DNA from: Guillardia theta CCMP2712
Lineage: Eukaryota > Protista > Cryptophyta
Reading direction: 5' to 3'
DNA length: 64,000 nt
NCBI RefSeq assembly: GCF_000315625.1
Contig: NW_005434673.1
Span: 529,792-593,791, forward strand
Shown: positions 35,451 to 46,807 of the stretch, in pieces
How positions within the stretch are numbered: the first letter of the stretch is position 1
How the letters are laid out: the number at the start of each line of letters is the position of its first letter
Position numbers and translations under genes: made by a program
The notes under the pieces: generated by a model
What the model saw: only the letters and a program-made list of their open reading frames with translations
Databases searched by the model: none
Told to the model about the DNA's origin: nothing

Positions 35451-36378
35451 TCCGATGCTGAGAGCCTAGTAGTAAGCTGCTTCAAGGGATGACAATCACA
35501 ATCTACACTCAGTTTAACAACAGTAGCTACGGTTATCGTATTACATTCAACTTGCAAGCCGCCGCACTGGCACTGGGCAAGTTTCCGAGGGCCTGTCGGA
35601 GTCTCGCACCGTGTGCGGCAGACCGTCGCGCGTCACAGGCTGAGTCGCCGCCCCGGGAGCTCCGGAAAAATCGCTCGCAACAAATTCAAACTTCCAGGTT
35701 CGTCGGATGAACAACGGAACCCTGAAGTACCCCCACCTGAGTCCCTGGTTGGACTGCGGAAGAGCTCAGCCAGAGTCTCCAGAAGCCGCTTTTCATCACG
35801 GACTTGGAGTCTTCTCAGAGCTATCTTTGACATAGCACTCCACAACTTCATCAAAGCATCGACCATCACAGCGTACACAGTCTCACACTTGTAGTCCCAC
35901 CGAACTGCGATCAGATCCGGCCTGTCACGTGATAGTATGCTTCACACCAAAGCTCCTCCTGCGATGACCCATACGCCTTCTCCCAGTCCTCGCTCTCGTA
36001 CCCCCCCGTCCCTGAGCTCGACGTCCTCCCATCCTCTGACTGCGACTGAGACGTTGCTGAGCCCCTCCCATCCCGCTCTCTCGCCTTCCCTTCCAGCTCC
36101 ATGAAGAACTCCTCCTGCAGCTTCTCCAGATCGCACAGCGACCTCTTGCGGGCGTAGGGCCACTTCTTGACGCCGAGCTTGCGGCAGGTGTTCTTGAGAG
36201 CTGTCAGGGAGATGCCGAGGATGTCGGCGGCCTCGGACTGCTTGAGGTGAAAGAGCTTGGCTATCTGGGGGAGGGAGACCTGGACGGCAGTCCTGACTTC
36301 TTCGTTGCCAATGCTTCGCCTTGGGAAGATAGCAGCGAGGGGCTCAGTGTCGTGGGGGGCATGGGGATCAGTCATCCT
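35451..36378. repeat. Left arm of long inverted repeat (partner 39008-39922)
   Basis: Reverse complement of the right arm; near-identical over the RWP-RK CDS and proximal 3' flank, indel-rich distally. Confidence 0.95.
35911..36375 (-). CDS. RWP-RK transcription factor, copy 1 (154 aa, intronless)
   Basis: LFHLKQSEAADILGISLTALKNTCRKLGVKKWPYARK is an RWP-RK domain. Confidence 0.88.
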   Translation of the reverse strand: MTDPHAPHDTEPLAAIFPRRSIGNEEVRTAVQVSLPQIAKLFHLKQSEAADILGISLTALKNTCRKLGVKKWPYARKRSLCDLEKLQEEFFMELEGKARERDGRGSATSQSQSEDGRTSSSGTGGYESEDWEKAYGSSQEELWCEAYYHVTGRI

Positions 36379-37666
36379 TACTATCGTTTGCCGTTAGCTG
36401 ACCAAATGTTCACTTCAGAAGGTAGCGAACAATCTCTGTTTTCCAAAGCACCAGGGCTAGCTAGGTTGGAAGGGAAGGTATGTGTATGAACTCAATACCG
36501 CGATCGCGCAAGATACCGAGAAGGCTAGGCTAGCAGAGAGGAGACTTGATCCAGAGAGCAAGATGTGATAACCGGAGCGGCCCAGCTAGGCAGCGAGGAG
36601 AGGAGGGGGGAGCTGGGCAGGAGTATGCGTCAGGAGTTGTGGAATCCGCTGCACGACGAAGGGAGCTGGCTACCCAAGGCCCATTTTACTGCTGGAGATA
36701 TCTGCCCTAGGGGGTGGGGTAGTAGGGGAATGGTGCCACCCACCTTCCCGGTTCCATTCAGGGAGTCAGGGAAACATCGGGGGGGGGGGGGGTTGAGTAC
36801 CCCCTTATTGCCGGAGGAAACGTTGGGTGGTGTTGGATTACTCATGTCTCCTTGCAGTTCAATCGACCGCTCTAGAATCTGTTTGAGACCTGGGGGGTAG
36901 GGGTCCAGATGCTGAGAATAACGCCGTGTAGTAAAATCTTGATACTCGGATGGGTGGTCGCGGCTTTCACAAGGGCGCCGGAGTTCTGATCTTTCGAGCC
37001 CAAGGGGGGTGGGGTGGGGTGAGGTAAGGGGTGTAAGACGGAGGGGTGATACGGGAACAATCACAAGTGAGGGTCACATCATAACGACTGTCTGCTATAA
37101 TGGTGCACCCACCCTACCCCTTCCCTACAATAATGGTCCACCCACCCCATCCGTTCGGTTCAATAACGTCAAACTCCGTTCGAAGAGATCGCAGTCGAAA
37201 CTCTTTCCTTGGGGTCACTGGGTATGTCTGCTGAGTTGGGTGGGGTAGGGGGTCAGATTTTTAAAATAAAAAATTCGCTAGAGGTCAGCTTTGGGGTAGG
37301 GTATGTGCAGCTATCCTTGACTCAGTAGTGAAGCTAGTGGCCTTTTCTCACCCAAGGCTTTCAGGGGCTGAGGGGGGCTGAGGGGTTCCTGGGACCCAGG
37401 GGGGGTGTAGGGGAGATCCGCAGCGGTTGACCTCCCGATCTCGAGATGTCATTTGATTCACTGAGTCAGTAGTAATAATGATAAAAGTCCCTTTCGGCTG
37501 CAAGATACAAACCCGTGGAAGATCACAACAAATATTCTTTATTATTATTTTGACTGAAAAAGCCTGAGATCTGTACTGCACCGGGGCCCGGCGACTCAGG
37601 TGAGGACAGCAGCCCGGCGAGTCGCCGCCGCCGCGAGTGACGCGGCCGCCGGAGTCGGCGCCGACG

Positions 37667-37733
37667 GTACTCAACAGAGTAACGTGATCTCTTTGGAGCC
37701 TTTACTCAACAGAGTTGAGTGATCTCTTCGGAC
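37667..37733. repeat. Imperfect direct repeat TACTCAACAGAGT...GTGATCTCTT.GGA (2 copies)
   Basis: Direct inspection. Confidence 0.7.
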
Positions 37734-38055
37734 GGATCCCCTGGGCCCCGCCAAGAGGCACCCCGGCCCGAGGGTGCGCATCTCTTCAGGAGGGGTCATT
37801 TATAAGAGATTGGGGGGACTTCTTGTGGGGAGGGGTGGTCACAGCTGAGTCAGCCAGCAACTTGACTACACCGGAAAGAGTCGGAACCCAGAGTGCAAAA
37901 AAATGCAGGTGATCACCCCACCCTCCCTGTAGCCAGGAAACAAACATAACCCCAGAAATGATGGTACTTTGAGTGTAGAAATGAGGGGTACAATGTGAAT
38001 CCTAAACCACCCCTCGAACCAAATACGCCTCTGTACTCGGAGCGGGTACTATGAT

Positions 38056-38750
38056 TCTTTACTCAAAGTTAAGTGAAAAATCAGTACGAGGACAATCAGG
38101 AGAGTCGAGGAGGCTTGACCCTGACACTGTCGCACAGGCCAAACGGCGAGAAGAGAAAAGACAGCGAGAACCAAACCTAAACCTGCCGACTGCTGTCCCC
38201 CAAACTTAACTGATACCTTCACTTAACGGCGCGCAGGACAAGTCCCCCGCGCGGCCATGCCAGCGATGTCGCGGTGGCCGCCGCCGAAGGAATGAGACGC
38301 ATACCGGGATGCACCCGCGATGATGGCAGCGTAGGACAGGGAGGCCTTGAGCTGACGGAAGATCCTGGACCGGATGCGTTTGCAAGTCGGATCACCTGAG
38401 ACGTCTTGCGAGGCCGAGAGACCATCCAGCGCTGCCGTTTCCTTGTTCGCCGAGCGATCCGCCAGCCACCACAGAAAGCGCAACGCATCGTCCTGCAAGA
38501 GGCCATCAGTGCTGGCGATGATGGGAAGAAAGGCCTTTGGCGGGACGTGCTGAGCATATGCATTACGATGCCCTCGGATCTTCCGCTGTGCTGCCGCTTG
38601 CAGTTTGCTCCGAGCGAGGTCCGGTATTCCATCATTGTCAAAAACATGTGACATGCTGAAGTCCAGGATTAACCCATGCCATCCGCCGCCAGTAGCCGGG
38701 TACAGTACGGTTTCTGTGTAAGCCCTCATTTGGTCGTACCTCCATCCCCT
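38056..38750 (-). mobile_element. 5'-truncated non-LTR retrotransposon 3' end with restriction-like endonuclease (CRE/R2-like) domain
   Basis: ORF 38223-38729 LILDFSMSH...KIRGHRNAY...FLPIIASTDG resembles the RLE C-terminus. A second copy of the 3' end lies at ~60365-60685. Confidence 0.6.
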
Positions 38751-38758
38751 GGAAATGC

Positions 38759-38822
38759 GCGGCTGAGGACCCCTCCCCCTTCATCGCTCCGCGGCTGAGG
38801 ACCCCTCCCCCTTCATCGCTCC
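38759..38822. repeat. 2 x 32-bp tandem repeat at the retroelement 5' junction
   Basis: GCGGCTGAGGACCCCTCCCCCTTCATCGCTCC at 38759 and 38791. Confidence 0.9.
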
Positions 38823-39007
38823 TCTTTGTACTGCCTCGCTCTCCTCCTCCTTCTGTGCTCATCACTCAGGCCAGCCCGGGCCGAGCAGCTCAGGCAAACC
38901 TGCCGCTTCGCCACATCATCTCATCGAGCAAGGGCTGCCACTTGCTTGCTTTCGTTGTCTGCTGGAGCACAAACTGAGCCCTCCCCACTTCACCATCCGT
39001 TTTGACG

Positions 39008-39922
39008 AGGATGACTGATCCCCATGCCCCCCACGACACTGAGCCCCTCGCTGCTATCTTCCCAAGGCGAAGCTTCGGCAACGAAGAAGTCAGGGCTGCC
39101 GTCCAGGTCTCCCTCCCCCAGATAGCCAAGCTCTTTCACCTCAAGCAGTCCGAGGCTGCCGACATCCTCGGCATCTCCCTGACAGCTCTCAAGAACACCT
39201 GCCGCAAGCTCGGCGTCAAGAAGTGGCCCTACGCCCGCAAGAGGTCGCTGTGCGATCTGGAGAAGCTGCAGGAGGAGTTCTTCATGGAGCTGGAAGGGAA
39301 GGCGAGAGAACGGGATGGGAGGGGCTCAGCAACGTCTCAGTCGCAGTCAGAGGATGGGAGGACGTCGAGCTCAGGGACGGGGGGGTACGAGAGCGAGGAC
39401 TGGGAGAAGGCTTATGGGTCATCGCAGGAGGAGCTTTGGTGTGAAGCATACTATCACGTGACAGGCCGGATCTGATCGCGTTCGGTGGCACTACAAGTGT
39501 GAGACTGTGTACGCTGTGATGGTCGATGCTTTGATGAAGTTGTGGAGTGCTATTTCAAAGATAGCTCTGAGAAGACTCCAAGTCCGTGATGAAACAGCGG
39601 CTTCTGGAGACTCTGGCTGAGCTGTTCCGCAGTCCAACCAGGGACTCAGGTGGGGGTACTTCAGGGTTCTGTTGTTCATCCGACGAACCTGGAAGTTTGA
39701 ATTTGTTGCGAGTGATTCTTCCGGGCCGCTACCCGGAGCTCCTCTGCCGGGCTCCAAATAGAACTTCCGAACTCGGAAACTTGCCAGTCGTGTTCACGGT
39801 TGCAAGTTGAATCATTGTGTACTACAGTAACCGTAACTACTCAGTTGTTAAACTCAGTGCTGAGTGTAGATTGTCATCCCTTGAAGCAGCTTACTAGCCA
39901 GTAGGCTACTCTGAGCATCGGA
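39008..39922. repeat. Right arm of long inverted repeat
   Basis: Reverse complement of 35451-36378. Confidence 0.95.
39011..39475 (+). CDS. RWP-RK transcription factor, copy 2 (154 aa, intronless)
   Basis: Same protein as copy 1 except two residues (SIGNEEVRT vs SFGNEEVRA). Confidence 0.9.
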   Translation: MTDPHAPHDTEPLAAIFPRRSFGNEEVRAAVQVSLPQIAKLFHLKQSEAADILGISLTALKNTCRKLGVKKWPYARKRSLCDLEKLQEEFFMELEGKARERDGRGSATSQSQSEDGRTSSSGTGGYESEDWEKAYGSSQEELWCEAYYHVTGRI

Positions 39923-40733
39923 GCCTCAGCGGCTTCAGTACAACGGCGGTTGACTCCACAGATGATTGTGACTCTCACTTACTGAGTGCCCCGGGCCCCG
40001 CCGGGGGGGCGGCGGCCGCGCCGCCCGGGCCCCGGGTTCCGGCGGCCACGACGGGGGACGGTGCCCGGCACCGTGGGCCGTGAGTCCCCCAGCGGCGTCA
40101 GTCACGCCGGTTGGAATTCCGAGTACGGTTGGCCCGGGCGGTGTCCGGCCCGTCACGCCGGGCTCACAGTGAGTCACGAGCGTGAGTGTCAATCGGATCA
40201 TGATTGAATCGTGGCATCGCTTAGCCTGACTCTCAGTGACGGCCGGGCGGCCGCGGCGCCGGCCCGGCCCACGGCCCAACAGAGGCTACCAGAAAGTACT
40301 GGACAATGGCGGCGAGTCACACGTTGCGAACTTGGGCCAAGTTGAGCTCGGAAGTTCCGGCGGCCCGGTACCGTACTGTCGGAGCGGCGGCCCGGCGCGG
40401 GCCCGGGCCGGGCCGGGCCCGGTATGAGGGGAGATGAGGGACAGTCTGAGTCACATGACGGAAATAGGAAGATCGCGGGGATGCCGTTGGGGAGGGAGAG
40501 GGGGAGGGGGGGGAAGGGGGAGGAGCTGTGAGGATCGGGGAGGTTGAACCCTCAACATGTGCATGCGTTGAGTAGGGAGACATGCTGCTCTCCCTGAGGT
40601 CTCATCAGTGCTGCACTCGTTGACGGGGATGCAATCATGCCTTGGATTGAATGAGATTTTTGTGGTGGAAGCGTTGGAGTTGAGATGGCTGGTGTGATGG
40701 TGTTGGTCTCACTGGAAGCCTCTTCTGCCGCAG

Positions 40734-43350
40734 ATGTCGGGAAGGGAAGAGGAGGAGCTCATGAAACACAGCAAGGAGCTGCTGTCCGGGGACAAGCTAT
40801 CCCTTCTTGCGAACAGGCAGAAGCGTTCAGCCCAGGTTGACCCTTCTTCCGGCGTCGTCAGTCCATGTCAGCGCACTGACGGCGTGAGAGCAGGACCCCT
40901 CCGACGTTCACGGGGGAGGGAGCGGGAAACACGACGACATGTTGAGCAAGCTCCAGACTCTGTCGAACAAGCATGGAGGGAGCAGCGCCAGACATTCCTT
41001 TCAGGTGAACGAGAGTGAATGCGTTGAGCCCTCTGGCGTCCTGACCGGTTGAAAGTCCCTGGACGAGCACGACAGGCTGTCTGTCAAGAGCGATGACACC
41101 GAAGACGGTCTCGAGGACAGCGAGGGTCGCAGGAGCAGGCCTTACACTCAGGACTACCTTGACGTGACCAGGTCTGTCGACGTGGGTCGGTGCCGACGTG
41201 CCTGACGATGGTTGCCTGCTCGCAGCCTCAGCTCTGCCTCGCGGCGATCTGCTGCCCCGCACATCTTCAACATCTACGAGCAGATCTTCATCGATGGGAC
41301 TGACGCAGCGCAGAAGCGCTTCCACGTGCCGGAGCTTCCCGAAGAGGTGAAGGAGACGAGTGGAGGATGTGGGGCAGGGCTGAGGCGATGGGGGGCGGGG
41401 ATGGAATACAAGGATGCTGGAGTGATGAAATGAGGAGGGGGAGAGGGAGAGGGAGAGGGAAAAGGGGTGAGAGACTGTACAGGTCCAGTCGTCGATGAGG
41501 CCAACGAAGTACGACTTCGAGGCTGAGCTTGGGATCGTTGGGACCAGAGTAGAAGCAACGCTGTACATAGCAGAGGTAAACAACAACGTCCTGTCCTCCC
41601 TGAGTCTAACGCCTCCTTGTTTCCTGCTTCTCTATCCTCGCCTCCATTCCTCCCCTCCGACAAACGAATACTTCCCCTCCTGTCTTCCCGTCCTCCTCCT
41701 CCCTCTCCGCTCCGTTCCTTAATGGCCTACTGCAGTCTTGGGATCATCTCACGGCGGGGAAAGGAGACAAGAGCATGATAGAGAAGCAGGTTGACCTGGA
41801 GGCAGTCAACGCTTCCTGTTGGTGAATGGAGGTGTGCAGGTCGTGGCGGATCTTGCCGTCTCCTTAAGGACAGACAAGTCGAGGCTTCGAGTCGCCGATG
41901 TCAGGCCCTCCAAGGACAAGAAAGGCGTCGAAGTCTCCATCCTCATCATGCCCAGCGTGGAGGAGGACGAGCACGACGCTGTACAGGTGCACTGCCCTCC
42001 GACTTGATGCCGGGAGGAGGGGGAGGACTGAAGAGGTCGATCAGATCGGAGAGCGTCTACAGCAGGAGTCTCAAGCTCCAAACAGCATCTTGCGCTCCAT
42101 GAATTCAACGCGTCGACTGGTCCGAGTGAGCACCAGGGAGGTTAGTGCGCGAGAGCTGAGGGGAGGAGGACTCATCAGTGACTTGGCCGATGCAGATCAA
42201 GGCTGCTGGGAGTGCGGGGGCGGAGTCGATTGCAGGAGGATACCCGTCGCTGCTGCGGTCGGGGGTTGTGATGGACGACAGGAGCGTACGACCCTCCTTG
42301 TCGGCTGTGCATGGCCAAGTGCCGACGGAGCTGAGGGTGGGGAACGACAAGTACGCGTCTAAGGTGCTGCGAAGAGGAGGAGGCATTGAGGGAGCGCAAG
42401 GGAGATCGAAGAAGGGGGGAGGCAGAGGAGAGAGGAGAGGGGAGGAGAGGAGAGGAGAGGAGAGGGGAGGAGGGAGGAAGGAGAAGAGAAAGAAAAGATA
42501 GAGGAGAGGAAGGGGAGAAGGAGGACAGCTGATGGAAGGAGAAGGAGAGGAGGGCGAATGCAAGGGAAGGGAGGGAGACTGAAGAGTAGAGCACGGGAGG
42601 GGGTCTGAAGGAAGGGCAATGTAGAGACAGGAGCTCACGGCCCTCTCCCTGCAGGAGTATCTGGATTGGCAGCAGCGGGAGCGGGAGGAGGTGCAGCAGG
42701 TGACGAGGCGCTCGATCGGCTTGCTCACTTCCTTGACTTCCCCAATCAGATCCAGCAGGCGCGGACAGCACAGGACGGTTTCTGGGTCGACGTGGAGGCA
42801 GGAAACCAGGTAGGAATTCCCCGCTCGTCGTCTCCTTCCCTCCCCTTCTCCAGCCCCCAATCCCTTCCTTTCCCCTTCCCCTTCCCCTTCCCTTCCCCTT
42901 CCCTCTCCTCCCCTCCCCTCCCTCCCCTTCCCTTCCTTTTCCTCCCCTTCCGTGTCCTGTCCTTCTCCCTGTCTCTTGCTCTGCCTTCCTCCTCCCGTTT
43001 CCTCCCTCAGTGACTTCGATGTCCTGCTGCACGATCTTCCTCGACCTGACACAGTCTGCAGCAGGAAAAGAGACAAACTTACGGAACTTTCCGCCAGAAG
43101 GGCGAAGGGAGGAAGGTATGTTTCCACCAGCCCTCTTCTTCGTCTTCGTTCTCGCCCTCGCCCCCCTCCCCCTCGTCCTCATCCTCGCCCCCCTCCATCT
43201 CCTTCTCCTCATCCTCGTCCTCCTCATTCACTAGCTCTCCCACATTCCCTCCTTCCTCCTTCCTCCCCGCACCACCTCACCATTCCGTTCAGCTCCCCCC
43301 CTGGGTTTGGCAACTGCTCTCCCTCGCTGCCGTCATCGTCCTCTGCATGA
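40734..43350 (+). CDS. Hypothetical multi-exon protein
   Basis: GT-AG-bounded exons, e.g. IFNIYEQIFIDGTDAAQKRFHVPELPEE, LAVSLRTDKSRLRVADVRP, EYLDWQQREREEVQQ. No domain recognised. Confidence 0.5.
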
Positions 43351-43700
43351 TCCTCTGCGCCATCTACGTTCGGTTTTTCCAGCACCGGGAGGGACGATAA
43401 CGACCCGAGGAGAAGGAGAGGGAGGAGGATACGATCAGCATGTTAACGGGACGAGGAAGGGCATCCATAGAGACTAGAGGAGGAAGACGAAGAGGAGAAG
43501 CGAGTAGGGGGTGGACGGGAGAAGAAGAAAGGGAAGGGAAGGGAAGAAGGAGAAGCGACACTGGAAGGGGAAAAAAGGTAGAGGCGATTTCCTTCCCTCC
43601 CCTTGTTGTCCGTTTGTAGATAATTTATTTTTGTTGTTCCTTCTTTCCTTACAGCTACTAGTTTAACTATGAGACAAGCCCTTCTCTCCCTCCCCTGGCT

Positions 43701-45942
43701 TTAAGCTCCTCCCTGTGCGGCTGCTCCTCCAGCTGGGCCGTTCGTCCCCACAGCTCCTGTGCTGACGTCAGCCGCAGCACAGCAAGAAGGAAGGAGAAGG
43801 TCGAGGAGACATCCTTGTGACAACCGAAGGGGGGGGGAGGGATATCATTCAAGGAAGGAGTGGAGTGGAAGGAGGAGAGACAGGAGCAGCACAGGTGTGC
43901 TGAGTAGAGCAGGTGGAGTTTGTTCACCTTGCGGTCCTGGGGCACCCGGAGCTCCATGTGNNNNNNNNNNNNNNNNNNNNNNNNNNNNNNNNNNNNNNNN
44001 NNNNNNNNNNNNNNNNNNNNNNNNNNNNNNNNNNNNNNNNNNNNNNNNNNNNNNNNNNNNAGGGGGGAGGGGAAAGAGGGAGAGCGTGAGAGGGGGATGG
44101 GTACCGGGGTGGAAGGGAGTTTGGAAGGGGAAGGGAGGGAGGGAGGGAGGTTGGCAACTGACTCTCACCTCCAGGGACTCCTGCTGTGCCTTCTGGCCCA
44201 TGAGGACCCGCCAGTCCGTTGTTGCCTTGCACACCAACCGTTCCTGTAGGAAGCAACCGAGATCAGCGAAGTTGGCAGGAAGACGACGACGAGGAGGAGG
44301 AGGAGGAAAAGAATGATCAGCTGTAGTGGCAAGATGCGTTGGGTGGGAGAGTTGGGGGGGTGGGGGGGGGGGGGGGGAAAGGAGGAGGAGGAGGAAGGAT
44401 GATATTGAGGGACCTGCTACTCCGTTGATTCCGTGAATTCCTGAGTTACCCACAAGGCCATCGGCACCTGCAGGCAGACGACAACGATCACAAAGAGTCG
44501 AAAGCCAAGCACAGAAAGGAAACGACAGCATGGACCTCCTCCTGGCAAGCTGTCTTCTCACCCTTCCCCCTTCCCCCTTCTCATCATACCTCGGGGCCCA
44601 GTCTCTCCGTACTTGCCAGGCCGTCCAGGCATCCCCTGAACTCCAGGAGTGCCGGCGACGCCCGGCGCGCCATGTGCTCCTTCAAGGCCCATGTGCCCCT
44701 CCTGTCCTTGGACTCCCATAGGGCCTGTAAAGGAGGAGAATGAGGAGTCGGAAAGATGAGGGAGAGGCAGAAGGGAGGAAGCGGAAGAGGCAAAGGGAGC
44801 AGGGAAAGGAAGTGAGATGAGGACGAGGAGGAGGAAAAGAGAAAGGGAAGGGGAGGAGGAGGCAGGAACTTGAAAGGGCTGAAAGTGTGAGCTGCTAAGT
44901 GGAGGATGGGACGAAGAGTTCTTGCAACGGGTGCCGACTTACCGGGAGGACCATGAAGACCAACAAAGCCGATGGGGCCCTGCAGCACAGAGACGATCCG
45001 ACGTGAGAAAACAGTCATGGGATACAAGGAGGAGGAGGCGGCGAGCTAGCAAACAAACGAAGGAAAGAAGGAGGGATATTTCAGCAGCAGCAGCGGGAGG
45101 ACGAGCATCGGCAGGTAGAGGAGGCAGGCAAAGAAAACTGCCAGCTGCATCACCTGCGGTCCCACGGGTCCACGAGGTCCGTAGACATTCAGACCAGGAG
45201 CCCCTTGCATGCCTCTATGCCCAGTCTCTCCCTTGATCCCCTGCAGCCCTTGCAGGCCGTGTGCCCCGGCAAGGCCCGGCAAACCTGCCGGTCCCTCCCT
45301 ACCTCGAGCCAGTCAGTCGTGAACCTCGCCCACTCCTCTTCCATCCCACCTGCCCGGCGGCCCCTGCTGACCGGCTGGGCCGATCTCGCCGCTCATCCCG
45401 GGCTCGCCGCGTCTTCCCTCCCTCCCTTCGGGTCCCTGAAGGCCCTCGGGCCCCATATGGCCCATCCCTCCTCTCGCTCCCATCAGCCCAGGCATGCCCC
45501 GGGCGCCCACGAAGCCCACGGGGCCCCGGGGACCGACGGGCCCAGGCTTGCTGAGGAAGATCTTGATGGCTGAAGAGAGATCATCCATGTTGGAGGAAGC
45601 CGTTCTTATGGCGTTGAAGTCCTCGTGCTGCTGCATCCAGCCCTTCCTCATCGCCCTGGACCAGCGGCCAGTATCTGTGTCGAGGCTCTTCACCTCGTCA
45701 CTCAGTCTCCCAATCTTGTTCTGCAGGCTCGTCGTCACGAGGTCCGAACAGTCCGGGGTCAGGCAGCCGCCCGGTATGCCTAGTCTCACGCTGTCCCGTG
45801 AGGTCTTGGAGGAAACCAGGTACACACTGACGAGCAGGAGGGACAGCAAGCAGCCTGTGAGGAGCATGGAGCGAAGAGGCGAACCCTTGCGACAGGTTCC
45901 AGGTTGTCGTTCAGGCAGCAGCGGAGTTCGACTTGCTGCCAT
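43701..45942 (-). CDS. Type II membrane collagen-like protein A (TM + coiled coil + Gly-X-Y), multi-exon, spans an N gap
   Basis: [22 protein letters not shown]; coiled coil [15 protein letters not shown]; exons of Gly-X-Y ([19 protein letters not shown]..., [38 protein letters not shown]), ending AAQGGA*. Confidence 0.85.
43961..44060. other. Assembly gap (100 N)
   Basis: Run of N. Confidence 1.
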
Positions 45943-46371
45943 TGCAGCTGCTGGTCCTTCGGTCGGCGTGACTGCTAGGGGAGGGGTCAGAGCCGTCTAC
46001 AAGTTTTGTTCGAGAAAATTCAAGATGAGAGCACTGCTCGATCGTGAGGAGAAGACAAAGACCACGAAGAGGAGGAAAGGACTTGTTTCGACTCAGCACT
46101 CACAGTATCTGCCCACATCACACGGATACAAGGTTCATCGGACAGATGAGCTCGTGCAGAACAATAAGAGCCGCAAGGTACCAACGACGTGAGTGGAGAA
46201 ATGAAACTTGAGCATGTCAGAGGCTACGCTACGAATGCACATGGAGATGTCGAGGGGAACAGGGTGGCGATGAATCAGCAAGTGGAACAACATGGAGGAA
46301 TGGAAGAGAGTTAGAGGCCGACAACTGCCGTGTGTCAGAGGCAAAGAAGATCAAGAAGGTGAAAGTTGAAC

Positions 46372-46482
46372 GCAGGAGGAGCAGGGGGAGCAGGAGGAGC
46401 AGGGGGAGCAGGGGGAGCAGGAGGAGCAGGGGGAGCAGGAGGAGCAGGGGGAGCAGGGGGAGCAGGGGGAGCAGGAGGAGCA
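46372..46482. repeat. 9-bp tandem repeat GCAGG(A/G)GGA, ~12 copies
   Basis: Direct inspection; lies between the two collagen genes. Confidence 0.9.
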
Positions 46483-46807
46483 GCCAGCACTCCGCAGCTG
46501 CGGCAGCATGAAGGGTCGCGATGTAAGCGGAGTGGGTCCGCCTCAGTACACTTTGTGAAACTAGCTGGTGTATCGGGCGCCTGCATGTGATCCGCCGTCG
46601 CCAAATAGCCTGATGACAGGGCCGGGCAGTCTCAGTCAACCGTTGAACGATCAGATGATTTTGAGTAGATGTCAGAGAAGATGGGATCACTGATGATTGG
46701 AGGCGTGGGAAGATTGACGGACAATTTCTGTGGATTTAAGATTTATCGTGTCACTGTCAGCCTGTTTGAAGTTTCTGAGCAGAGGCGGCAACTGACAGGA
46801 AGTAATC

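Noticed and set aside
35633-35878. Second ORF in the inverted arms (MYAVMVDALMKLW...)
   Set aside because: No recognisable domain, and it runs into the indel-rich zone where the two copies diverge.
46335-46604. (PAP)n or (GAG)n ORF as a third collagen or extensin
   Set aside because: A pure 9-bp microsatellite with no leader or supporting exon structure.
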